A stretch of DNA of 64,000 nucleotides, taken from Ptychomitrium polyphyllum (taxonomy: Eukaryota). The notes under the pieces are model-generated. The model worked only from the letters and a program-made list of their open reading frames with translations. It made no database searches and was not told the DNA's origin. The position numbers and the translations under genes were made by a program. Location: NCBI GenBank assembly GCA_973851085.1, contig OZ316775.1, forward strand, positions 4,278,001-4,342,000. Direction: 5' to 3'. Shown one piece after another: positions 1 to 11,190 of this stretch (positions are counted from its first letter, which is position 1; each line of letters opens with the position of its first letter).

Positions 1-374
1 GATAGTGGATGCTGGTGGAGTAAAAGCACTTATGGGTATGCTTGAAACTGCTGGGGACGATGACACGCGTAGAGAAGCTGTGACGACGTTAGGAATGCTG
101 TCACATTATGGTGCGTAATGTTGGATATATAGCACTGTGTATGTTCAAGCAATTATAGAACCGTCCGTCTTTTTCTGACCAAGCAGAGAGTTGTGTAGCT
201 ATCATCTTAATAAATTCGTGGGCTCTTACAGATCCTGCAGTGGAGGCAATGCACAAGGCAGGAGGGGTTCCACTGTTGAGTTCATTGTCGCGGTCAACAA
301 CTGACAGCATCATTCAAGAACACTGCTCTGCCCTGCTTGAGAAGTTCGACCAGTGGGCAAGTAAGAACGCATAG
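1..374 (+). CDS. 3' end of an Armadillo (ARM)-repeat protein (partial; exons <1-110, 232-374)
   Basis: Frame from nt 2 reads IVDAGGVKALMGMLETAGDDDTRREAVTTLGMLSHY. A GT..AG intron (111-231) follows, then DPAVEAMHKAGGVPLLSSLSRSTTDSIIQEHCSALLEKFDQWASKNA*. The two AGGV..L motifs are typical of ARM repeats. Confidence 0.75.
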
Positions 375-1951
375 ATCTACCATCATGAGATCACATTCTG
401 ATAGATTTCAGTTTCTATTGACGGTTTCAATCTTAGTGGAAAATTGAGTCCAGGTGTTCTGGAGAATTGAGAAGAGTTGACATGGAGGTCCTCAGCTGTA
501 CAAACTATTTTTTGTAGAATGTAGGATTGGCTTGACCGAACCCAAAATGTTTAGTTGTTGAATGGGCGGACTGGAATTACAGTTAGCATCCCGTAGAATA
601 GTGGTGATGATGGCTATTTGTGTTTTGAATGGTGGAGACGATATTCTGCCAATTTTAAAGTGATACTCATAATACATGGATTTCATTTGATTTCTGAAAG
701 TGGGGAATGAGTGAAAGTGAAAGTTTGAGGGTTTTACGTGAGTTGGGTATTTAGAATTTGGTAGTTGCTTCGAAAGATCTTATGTTTACTTTTGAATTTC
801 TATATACAAATCACACCTTTTGTGCGTTTGTGAAGGCTCAGTTGACCAAATTCTAATGATGGCACTTCTCTCGTCCTGCTAAGGCAAAGGGTTGTTTCTC
901 TTTACATACAATCATTTACATAATAGAAAAGATTTTGTGGCATTCACTCATACAGTCGTTGGTTGATAAGGTGACTTCGTAGTCATGCAGTTGTAATCTC
1001 GCTTCTTGATAGGACGTTTCAAAGCGTGCTCGTCTCAAATTATACGACGTCCTCTGACTGCAGATGCTGCGAAGCCCCTGCAAGCTGCAACCTGTGTAAC
1101 GACATTCAAGTGACCTCTCACCTAGGTTTCGAAAGTGCAGTAATTTACAACAATTATGTAATTTTAGTTAATCTAGTGCTTGCTGGACAGTGATCATGCA
1201 ATTTGTAAAATGAACACCTTAATACCGTTGGGTAATTTCGGGGCATTGTTGCTTCTTCTTGGCTGTGAATAACTTAACCAGTGCCTTAGATCACGAATGA
1301 CACCCAGCAGTTTATTCTTGAGAAAATGCAAACCTTCGAACCTAGCAGGTTTTGCTTAGGACGCTTAGGTGTTGATACTAATCATTAGTAGCCAGGTGAA
1401 CCGTCCCATTCCTTACGAAATGAGGCTATCGCACAGGAGCATCTGAGCGGCACACGGTATCAGCCGCGTGGCCAGATAATGACAAGGTTCGCTTAAGAGG
1501 ACTTTGAGAGTTTTTGGAGCAATATGGGGGCATTGTTGGATGTGTGAACTCTAGCTAGTTCTTTCATTATGACAGCCAAAATTAAAACAAGTTCCTCTAA
1601 TCACACTAATCTCGCATGCTGTTAATGAGGAGCCCGTTGTTTCCATTCAATTCTGGTCCCAGCTCCATGATTGTAGACTATAAGTGGGACTCTTTTCATC
1701 CGACAACTCAGAGACCATCGGCATCATATGGATTCCCTATCTTTAGAAATATAATTCAGACTCCTGCTTCCTGGGTTCTGTTTGGTAGTGGAATTAATAT
1801 TTTCTGTCCACTGTTAGCAGTTTTCATTTTGTTCATTTCTATGTAGATGGTTGATGCTACTGTTTTCCAGCTGAAGGGTGTGATAGACAGAATTTATAAT
1901 TAATAAATTGCTGGAAAGTAGATTTCCCCTGTAAAAGAACTGGCTAATTCA

Positions 1952-4812
1952 ATGGCAGACAATGTGATTTTCCTTTCAATTTCTAGATATATTACCCTTG
2001 CAGCACTCGTGCTGGTTCTTAGCAACGCGCTAGATCAATGCCATGGTCAGTGGTGGTTTAGTACAACGGAAGCAACTCCGCCATCGCCTTCCACTTCGAC
2101 GGATACTTCGACCGCCAGTCCGCCTTCGCCTGGATCCTCAACCAATGTTCAAGCCACTCCACCCTCGCCTTTCACCTCTGGCTTCATAGATTACTCTTCA
2201 ACAGCCACTCCGCCAGCTATTACCAGCTCTGCAGCGACTCCACCCTCTTTGACAGGTTCTGCTTGGACAGCCACTCCCCCATCACCCGGCAGCTACTCGA
2301 CTGCATCCGGAGCAGCTCCTCCTTCAGGCGACGTTCAAACAACTTTAGCAGCTCGGCCAGCTTCGACCAGTAATTTCCCAATTCCCCCTGCTGCATCGCC
2401 TTCGCCATCCAGTGCTGCAAAATCAACCACGAATAGTACCACGCTCATTGTTAGTTCTTTTTCATTCGGCTTAGAAACAGTCTACACGTCTGTGCAGGAT
2501 GCCATAGACGCAGTCCCAGGTGAAAATCAGTTTTCTTGCTTTTAACAGTAATTTACCGTGTCCTTTAAGTTGGCATTCTCTGTGGTGACTGAGATCCCTG
2601 CTAGCATTGTGCATGAAAACTGATGACGAATCTTGAAAATCAGGAGAGACTGCTAACTACCTCTCCATCAATGCTTGGCAGAAGGCAACACGGATCTGTA
2701 TACAATTGTAATTCTCTCCGGGACGTACACGTAAGTACTTCACATTATGAGCGTCAGTTCTGGTATTTCTGATGATTTGTGTCTAGAATCTCTCCTCTGG
2801 TTGATTCTTTCAGTGATTTCAGCTGTATGCTACAAATGTTAGGAAGTTCAGCATGAATTCCCGTGCAAGAGTTTCTAATATAAATCCTAAAATCATCAGA
2901 ACAGTACCCAAAATGCTACGTAATTGCGATTTACTAGAATTATAGCCAGATTATCTAGCATTGTACGTTCATCATGGTATTCTGCCTGTAAATGATTCAA
3001 GTAACCCGATACTTGATGATCTTGTGAATATAAGGAATAACATAAACTTAGCTAGGTTGACACAGTGTGATTGAGGTGCTCTTGGGCGAGAGTTGCTGAC
3101 TGGTCTGTTTGATGTTTGTAGAGAGAAAGTGAAGATCCCATCTACCAAGCCTTTCATAACACTTCAAGGAAGTGGAAGGGATGCTACTACCATCACATAC
3201 AATGATACTGCTAATAGTACCGGTTCTACCTCAAAGAGCGCCACTTTTTTTGTTGCTGCTGCCAATTTCACTGCACGGAATCTCACATTTCAGGTACTCT
3301 TCGACTTCATTTTCAAAATAGTCCAATTACTTTTCAGATTAAAACGCATCGTCTTTCTTTGCATTGGTCTATGAATGCATGGTCGATCATCGATGTTTCA
3401 GCATGGAACCGAATTTTTTTCAGTAAATACATTTAAATACGAGAAACTCTCGTATTTCAAGCTTTGTTTTGATCAAACTTGACTTCAAATGGTGTAGAAT
3501 TCGGCGCCATATGCTGAACCAGGGGAAACAGGTGCTCAAGCAGTTGCCGTGCGGATTACTGGAGACATGGCAGCCTTCTATGGCTGTGGTTTTGTAAGTT
3601 CGCAGGACACTGTATGTGATGAAGCAGGTCGTCACTACTTCAGGGACTGCTACATTGAGGGGAACATTGATATAATCTGGGGTAACGGACAATCTCTTTA
3701 CGAGGTACTCAACATAATTATGAATAGAATTCCAATTGTTGTTTTAAACCTCTACCCATGGTCCTTGTTTTAAAGTAGAGTTTAGGGTTTAAGTCATTAC
3801 ACTAGAACACTCCTTGTTAGCAAATGCAGCTAAAGTTACTTCATAAACTTGCATAGACATAACCAGACTTATGACGGTAATTTAGTCTACCAAAAGTAAT
3901 GAATCATATTCTTAAACTGTCAGTGGATATGTAATTCTGAGAATTACATTGGGTTTACCTCTACAGTATTGCCAAATAGAATCAACCGCCACTAATATCT
4001 CGGAGAGTGGATGCATCACGGCTCAGGGTCGTGGTGCGGAGACTGAAACCACCGGCTTTACATTTGTGGGTGGCTCAATTACGGGCTCTGGCGATAATCT
4101 GCTTGGCCGTGCTTATGGTTTGTATTCGCGTGTCTTGTTTATCGATACGTACATGGAAGACATAATCAGTCCAGTCGGTTGGAGTGATTGGCCAACAACT
4201 GCTTCTAATACGTAAGTTTCAGATTTATGGTTGTTCAACTGCTTTCTTCAAATACGAGGTCATGGCAAGTTGTAGCATGTTTGAGTTCGATCGGATTTTT
4301 CAAAGTGGGTTTTGCCAAACTGGATTTGATAGAAGTTGGCAAACTCAAATGAACCAGAGAACAATTATTTTCAAGTCATCCAAATAGACACTTTATCGTC
4401 TGTAGAAGTTTATATTTATTTGATATTCTATTTGATATTTCTGAGTTCACCATTCAGAGACTCTAGTTACTATTTGAAGGTGAACTAACACTCACATTTT
4501 TTAATCAAATGCAGTGCTTCACGCCGTCTTCTAGAAGATTCAACAATTAGGTAAATTTGATTAATTTCTTACACATTGAAATACTATTGTCTTTGAGATG
4601 ATGCACTATTGTCTTCAGATTTCATGGAGTACTAAAACTGTGAAAGGGGCATCTGCAGGCATGAATACTACGGTGAATATGGAAACACAGGTCCAGGAGC
4701 AAGCTTGACAAATCGAGTTAGTTGGATGATTAACATGACTGAAGCTGAGGCTGCCAACTTCTCAAGCATAACTTTTATTGGTGGATCGTCATGGCTTACT
4801 TCCGAGACATGA
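1952..4812 (+). CDS. PME: Pectin methylesterase (CE8) with signal peptide and Pro/Ser/Thr-rich repetitive N-terminal extension. Exons 1952-2519, 2682-2730, 3122-3293, 3498-3704, 3967-4211, optional 4515-4550, 4659-4812
   Basis: Spliced product has the PME motifs [53 protein letters not shown] and [11 protein letters not shown]. All introns are GT..AG and phase-compatible. Confidence 0.93.
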
Positions 4813-5410
4813 CCTGAGAGCTTCAATGTGGTCTCTACTTGTTTTAAGTGTTGCTGTTGGACCATGATCTGCACAATGCGTAATCGTCTTGAACTTTCAG
4901 AATGCAAGCCTTATTCTGGACATTGTGGACCCCAAATACTTCCGGATCCTCTCTGAACAAAGCTGGTGTGTCTTACTTCAGCGTATGTTCGTAGGCAGTG
5001 TGCATAATGTGTAATATATTCAACTGCAAATTATGTAGTGGATAGTTACAGCGAAGGTGAACAGCTTACAAGAGCTATGGCCGGAGGTATCCAAGTACCA
5101 TGTCACCAAGTTTTCAATGTACTCAAATTCTCCTCTAATGTCAACACACTGATCTCGATGAACGCAAACCCTTTCAAATGACATAACCCGCTTGAAAACA
5201 AAATATGTCTGTACGAAGCAGTTCACATTGCTGATAAGTTTAGGATGCAGGATCGGCCCTTGAGCACAGGATACCTGTAACGAAAATACAGCTTTCATCA
5301 CTAAAACTACCACCAAAAAAGTACCCTAAACTAGTAGACTTTTGCAAAACTCTACTTTAGGCTCTTGATGGAACTGCTTGGGCTTGCTTTTCGAACACGT
5401 GGACGTTTCC

Positions 5411-7742
5411 TCATGAAGAAGCCGAGGCAAGGACCTCAGATGGCAGCACCAATTTGCACGGTGAGATATCCTTCACAGGCATTCGGTCAATGACATCATT
5501 CCATGGGTTGAGCTTAGGAGGCTCTATGGTGCGTAAAGCTCTCCACACCGCACTGTTGCATTTGAAGCCGGAGCCAAAGGCTATCTGCCAAACTCGGTCG
5601 CCTCTTTGAACTCTGCCCTTGGCCTCAGTGTAGCCCAGCTCGTACCACAGGGAGCTGCTGGAAGTATTGCCGAACCTGCACAATGAAAAAATCTATGTTA
5701 TTTTTAATTAAAATACCCATCAACTCATGGAAAGTAATTGGTAGAAAGTTTTGTACGTAAGGAAAAGTTAATAGCAGTGAGCTAAGTTGATCGAGCGACC
5801 GTTACCTGTAGAGAGTCATCCTGGAAGGCTCCATATGCCACTCACTGAGCTTCAGGTTCTTCTCAATCTCATCCAACACAGCTCGACCGCCGGCGTGAAT
5901 GCAGAAATGCTCGAAGGCAAGCTTGAAATCTGGAATGTAAGGCTTATTGTTCATCTTGAAAACTTTCCGACCTACCAAACTAATGAAGAACTGCAGCTGC
6001 TCCATCCATGGCAGTACCAGAGGACCCAGTGTTGTAATGTTGGTCTTGAGCGCATCTCCTGCCACACTCATCAGCTCCTTCTTAAGCGTCACTCCCACCG
6101 CCCCCGCTTCATCCTCTTCCTGCCAACCAAACGACAAAAAAAAATATCATCCACAGAGCTGTAACTGTAACTCCAACAACACATTAAAACACAAGCAAAG
6201 GCATCTATTTAAACTCCTAAAACAAGAAGCAATGTGCAACAATGTTCGTGTCAACTAATAGAGCATTTGTATGTTGAATATTTTACGTAATACACATATT
6301 GGACCTCCCAAGTCTCAACATTCATGGCTAAGTAGCATCTCAGTAACTCTGATCTAACAATAGTCATTGATTTGAAAACTGATTGCTACATTGTAACTAG
6401 CATAGCATGGTCTTCATGGAACAGGAAAGGAGAATATCAAAACTAAGAATCATTTTAACATTTAAAGTGTATTGGTCGGTACTATAGGCATATTACTCTA
6501 ATCCACATAGAACCAAGTGATATAACCAGTTTCAACATCCATGGCTCACTAATATCTCACTCGTTAAGTAACAAACGATTATTGTGCACAAAAAATCCAA
6601 CACTGACCAGTCTCTAATTCTTGGAAACAACGGGGAACAAAATATGAAAGCAGTGGGAAAGAAAATTGGTATACAATTATTGAGATTGTATATACCTCAT
6701 AGACGCACTGGTAGCAGCGATCGTCAGCGCCCTTGTGTGTCCTCACAGTATGCAACAGCTCATACTTGGCCCTCCACCCATCGCACCCCTTGTTCGACAA
6801 CAACACCGCCGCCCCGCCCAACTTAAACAAACAATTCGTCACCAGCTTCGCCCGGTCATTTCCAAAGTATGGACTCTGACTCAGCACCTCTTGACTGCAC
6901 ACCACCGCATAGCTATTCCGATGCGCCTGCAACAAATCCCTCGCCAGGTCCACCGCAATCAGCCCGGCACTGCACCCCATCCCTCCAAGGCTTATACTCG
7001 TAATATCCCCCCGCATCTTGTACCGGTTCACCACCATCGCTGACAGGGATGGTGTGGGGTTGAACAAACTACAGTTCACCACCAGAATCTTCACATCCTT
7101 GGGAGCCACGCCCGTCTTGGCGAAGAGCTCGTCGAGAGAGTAGAACATGGTTGCCGCCGCCTCCTCCCTGGCTGCTTTCATGGAGCGGTCGACGGGCTTA
7201 ACGCACTGAGCTTTCCTCCAGACATAGGCCGCGTCGCCCATGCCTGAGCGCTCGATAATCTTACGCTGGAAGTCAAGGGATTCGAAGGAGTATTGTCCCG
7301 TGGCGGCTGCGACAGTGAGGAGCTCCTGGCGGGAGATGATGTTGGACTCGTCGGGCTTGTAGCAGGCAAAGTCCACGAGGTAGACGCGCCGGGGGCGCGT
7401 AAGGAAGTACACGGTGAGGAAGAAGACGAAGGTCGTGGAGGTGAGAAGCAGGGTGACGAAGTTGTATTTCTGCAGCTGGTCCCAGAGGATCTGCAGCGTC
7501 GAGGTTTCGTGCCCCAGGCGGGTAATTTCGATCGCGGTGAGCGTGAGGAGTGGGATGAGCAGCATGCAAACCACGACGTGGGTGGTGACCGCATGGGTCA
7601 ACCCTCTCACGACATATTTCAGTTTCACCGAGTGGAGAAAATCAGGCAGCGCGTTGCGGAGCTTGATGGCAATCACATGTACTCCGGAACTGTTACACTC
7701 TGAATTGGAACCTTTGGCCTGCTTGCTCGCGTAAGACGCCAT
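5411..7742 (-). CDS. KCS: 3-ketoacyl-CoA synthase (FAE1/KCS, very-long-chain fatty acid elongase). Exons 7742-6696, 6119-5806, 5675-5411
   Basis: Two N-terminal hydrophobic segments, then [42 protein letters not shown] (catalytic Cys), [24 protein letters not shown] and [15 protein letters not shown]. Introns are canonical. Confidence 0.96.
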
Positions 7743-9170
7743 GGCCAGGAACTAATTCGAGACTGATCAAAAATATTGTTTAGATCACAATTTTTTGAAA
7801 AACTACAGTGCAAAGCAAGGTTGTGATCAGTATGAAGTATGCTCAAAGAGTCAGTCTCATGAAAGTGTGAAAACAGAATGCACAGCGAGTTTGTTAATCG
7901 GTATACCGTATGCTCCAAGATTAGCTTGCGCTGAGCCACATGAAAATGTTTAAAAGGAAAACTTAGGAAACATGTGACCAGTGAAAATCAATGCTCAAGA
8001 ATTGTCGTCAAAGGAAATGAACATGAACATGCAAAACGACTGGTTACTAGTGACATACAGTCGATGAGAACTATGTCATCAGCTGACGAAGGTGTGCTTT
8101 TGAAAACTGCAGGAAACTGGAGGGTGATGGTATTGCAAGGCTTGATCAGAGACGGTAGAGCAAGTATACTGGTATGGAAACGGTAGAAGATTTATCAGCA
8201 TCACTGAGGTGCACTGTAGCGAGAGGTTTTGCTCACAGGTGTAGGAAGCTTGAAGCTGGAGTGCCAGGTGCCACAATTGGGTGGGAGCAACGGTATGTGA
8301 GGAGCTGAGGGGTACAAGAGTAAAGACGAAAAGCTGGGCAGAGGACGACGAAGGCTAATTGAATCATGTTGATCTGGGGCGGTTTGATTCGAAGTGGGAG
8401 ATGGGGAGGGAATTTATACGCTTAAACTTTAAGGTCCAGGACAGTCGTGTCACCTCAACCATGTCAGGTTACCTTAATTCAAGGAGCCTACTGAGTCCTT
8501 GGTTCAGACCTTGATTCAGAGATGTTGACTGATTGATAAATTGATAATGAATATAATTGGTCCCCAGTGTTCAAATATGATTAAAAAAAATTAATTGATC
8601 ACCGAGTATGAACATATTCATGTCGACTTATATCAGTGAGTCTGCCGGGGCTCAAATCCTAGCGGGCAATCCGGTGGAATCATCGCCTGCTGAGATGATG
8701 TTCTTAAGTCAAGTCACAATAGAAACATTTACTGAAAGCAGAATTTGTGCTTGAAGTGGCAGGAGACACATTTGGTCATAAAGTGGCAACCACCGACCTT
8801 AATCAACCGGACAAGTGCCAGAGGTCGTTATGATTTGAGGTCGAGCTAGCATCTCTAATCAAAAGAATGCCAGGTGAATGGCAGACCAATATTAGCTCCA
8901 GAAAGATGTCCAAAAAGGTTCAAAAGGCAGTTTCCATGAGCCAAACAGATATTTGCAGAAGAGGCCTTGTGGCTTCAGAAACCTTCTGCGATAACGTTTG
9001 TGACTTCAATAGCAGAACACTAGATTCAATTGATGTCGGCAACCCAGTTTCTTTCCAAGAGCCATCTACTGGGCCATAAATGGGAAAGCCAGTTTCCATA
9101 AGCCTCAAATAAAAACTCAGGGTTGTGCCTTTAACCCTCTCAAAATCTTCATAACTCTCCATAGGAAGAC

Positions 9171-9216
9171 TTTACTTCCCAACAAGAAAGCAGTTTACTT
9201 CTCAACAAGAAAGCAG
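9171..9216. repeat. 23-bp tandem duplication (two copies, one mismatch)
   Basis: tttacttcccaacaagaaagcag followed directly by tttacttctcaacaagaaagcag. Confidence 0.85.
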
Positions 9217-9682
9217 TTGATTGGGATATTCTTTTTCTTTCCTATATGAAGGTAGGCCAATTATTCTTTAGAGATAAATTCAACAATTTGGGTTAGCTGG
9301 GCAATAGTATTTTCTGGTTTTACACAATTTTCAAAAGGGAAAGGGAACCCTAATATTAAAAAATATAATATATATATGTACCCCTGTATGTTAAAGCCAA
9401 TATTAATATGTTAGGGAAAATATAAAATTTGAGAAATTAGATCCAAAATTATAAAATAAAGTGCTAAGACAATTCTAAATTAAACTAAAAGCTTTAAAAT
9501 AAGAGAGAAACAACTAATTATGAAAGAACTACTTTGGTCGTAAAGAGATTGTACTTTAAAAATAAGAAATTTACATACACCCTAAACACTTTTGGTTGAA
9601 GGTTTCAAATGCTAATATAAAGTTCTAGATCCTATAATTTTTTATCTACATCCACCATCTAGATGAACTAATAATGAATAGA

Positions 9683-11190
9683 AAACATCATGTTCATTAC
9701 AATAGGAAATTCCAAAGTCCCAAAATCATCTCAAAATGAAATAGATTCAAAAGAAGTTTAAATTGTCAAAAATAATTGTCATATTTTTTAAATTGTATAG
9801 CAATTTTTTTGCTAATAGATGATTCATAGTAGCCAAAAGCAACTAAATTTGCAATTAAATGGTTCATAAATTATAAAAAGTTCCTAGCATATTATATGTA
9901 ATTTTGTTTGTAAGCAAAAAAACTTAAATAAATAAAGAATTAACAATGAGCCAAGAATAATCACATATTTAATCATTTTACATTTTACATTACATAAGAT
10001 TTCTTTTAATTTCTAAAAAAATTAAAATGTTATTAAATAGATATTTAATAATTTATCTTTAAAGAATGTAAAGAAGTGCAATGAATTTGCATATTTAGCA
10101 ATGTTTGAAGAAACACTAAAAAATACATTATAGTATAAAAAAAACCCTAAAAACATTCTTTTCTTTAGGGATTCTTTTCATCAATAATGAAATTTTTTTC
10201 TTCCTCACAAAATAACAATTTTCAGTCCTTAAAGGATACAAATGTGATTGAATGTTTGTTTGTTCCACTCTTGAACTATGTCCATTGGACGTAGGACCCT
10301 AGTATAGAATTATTTCATCATTTGGGAAGTAGACACTATATGCCATATAGGTCTAGTACCAGGCTACCAACAACTAGTAGCCAAAGTTTAACTTAATTTG
10401 TGATATAGGATCATAATGAATGTATATGTTTTAAGTGTGCAGAGAATAAATACCACATTATGAGTTCAACCTTCCCTATAAGCTCTAAAATTAAATGGGT
10501 ACAATGAAAACGTTTTGTATAGTCTTCACCATTTACGCTTGGGGCTTTGCCCAAATTTAGAATCTAGAAATATCTTGAAGGATTCCTACAAGGGATTCCT
10601 TTAGGAGATTCCTACAACCCAAGAATCTTACCTTGTAGCCTAATTTGATCATGGTGGAGCTTAGTGTTTGGGTATGGTGTGAATAGGTCCTTACTAGATC
10701 AAAGATCCATAATGTTCTGAAAGTACATGACATGTGACACTCTGATTCACCTTATTACTGTTTTGAAAAGTGCAGAGTGACAAAGTGTGACATTCATCTA
10801 TAACTTGTCCTTGTAAGTCCAATCTCCATTGTACCACAGCAAATGAGGGTGCCTGATCCAGGACTGTGCAACTGCCACACCTTCTAGGTTCAGCTGATCT
10901 CGAAACCAAGGCACCTGAAGCAACAGAGACGATGTGAGGATGTGCCTCAAGAGTGAAGTCCATACCATCACCATTAATGATGCACTATTGCTACACTATT
11001 GCCATCCTTATTCTCATGTAACATCATATTCATTATAAATGGGAAACTCTAAAGTTCTAAAATAATCTCAAAGATGAAATAGATTTAAAAGAGATTAAAT
11101 TTGTTAAAGATGATTGTCATGTTTTTAAAGTTGTATAGCAAGTTTTTTGCCAGTAGGTGAAAGGCATTGAATTTGCATTTAAATGTTTTA
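9683..11190. repeat. Pair of diverged direct repeats (about 9683-9870 and 11020-11190) in AT-rich DNA; likely transposon remnant
   Basis: aacatcatgttcattacaataggaaattccaaagtcccaaaatcatctcaaaatgaaatagattcaaaaga aligns with aacatcatattcattataaatgggaaactctaaagttctaaaataatctcaaagatgaaatagatttaaaaga. Similarity continues through ttgtatagcaa. Confidence 0.65.

Noticed and set aside
6584..7734. Several overlapping 80-138 aa ORFs on both strands over KCS exon 1
   Set aside because: Shadow ORFs caused by GC-rich codon usage; no recognisable domains.
8867..9162. 70-80 aa ORFs upstream of KCS
   Set aside because: No motif, no supporting splice structure.
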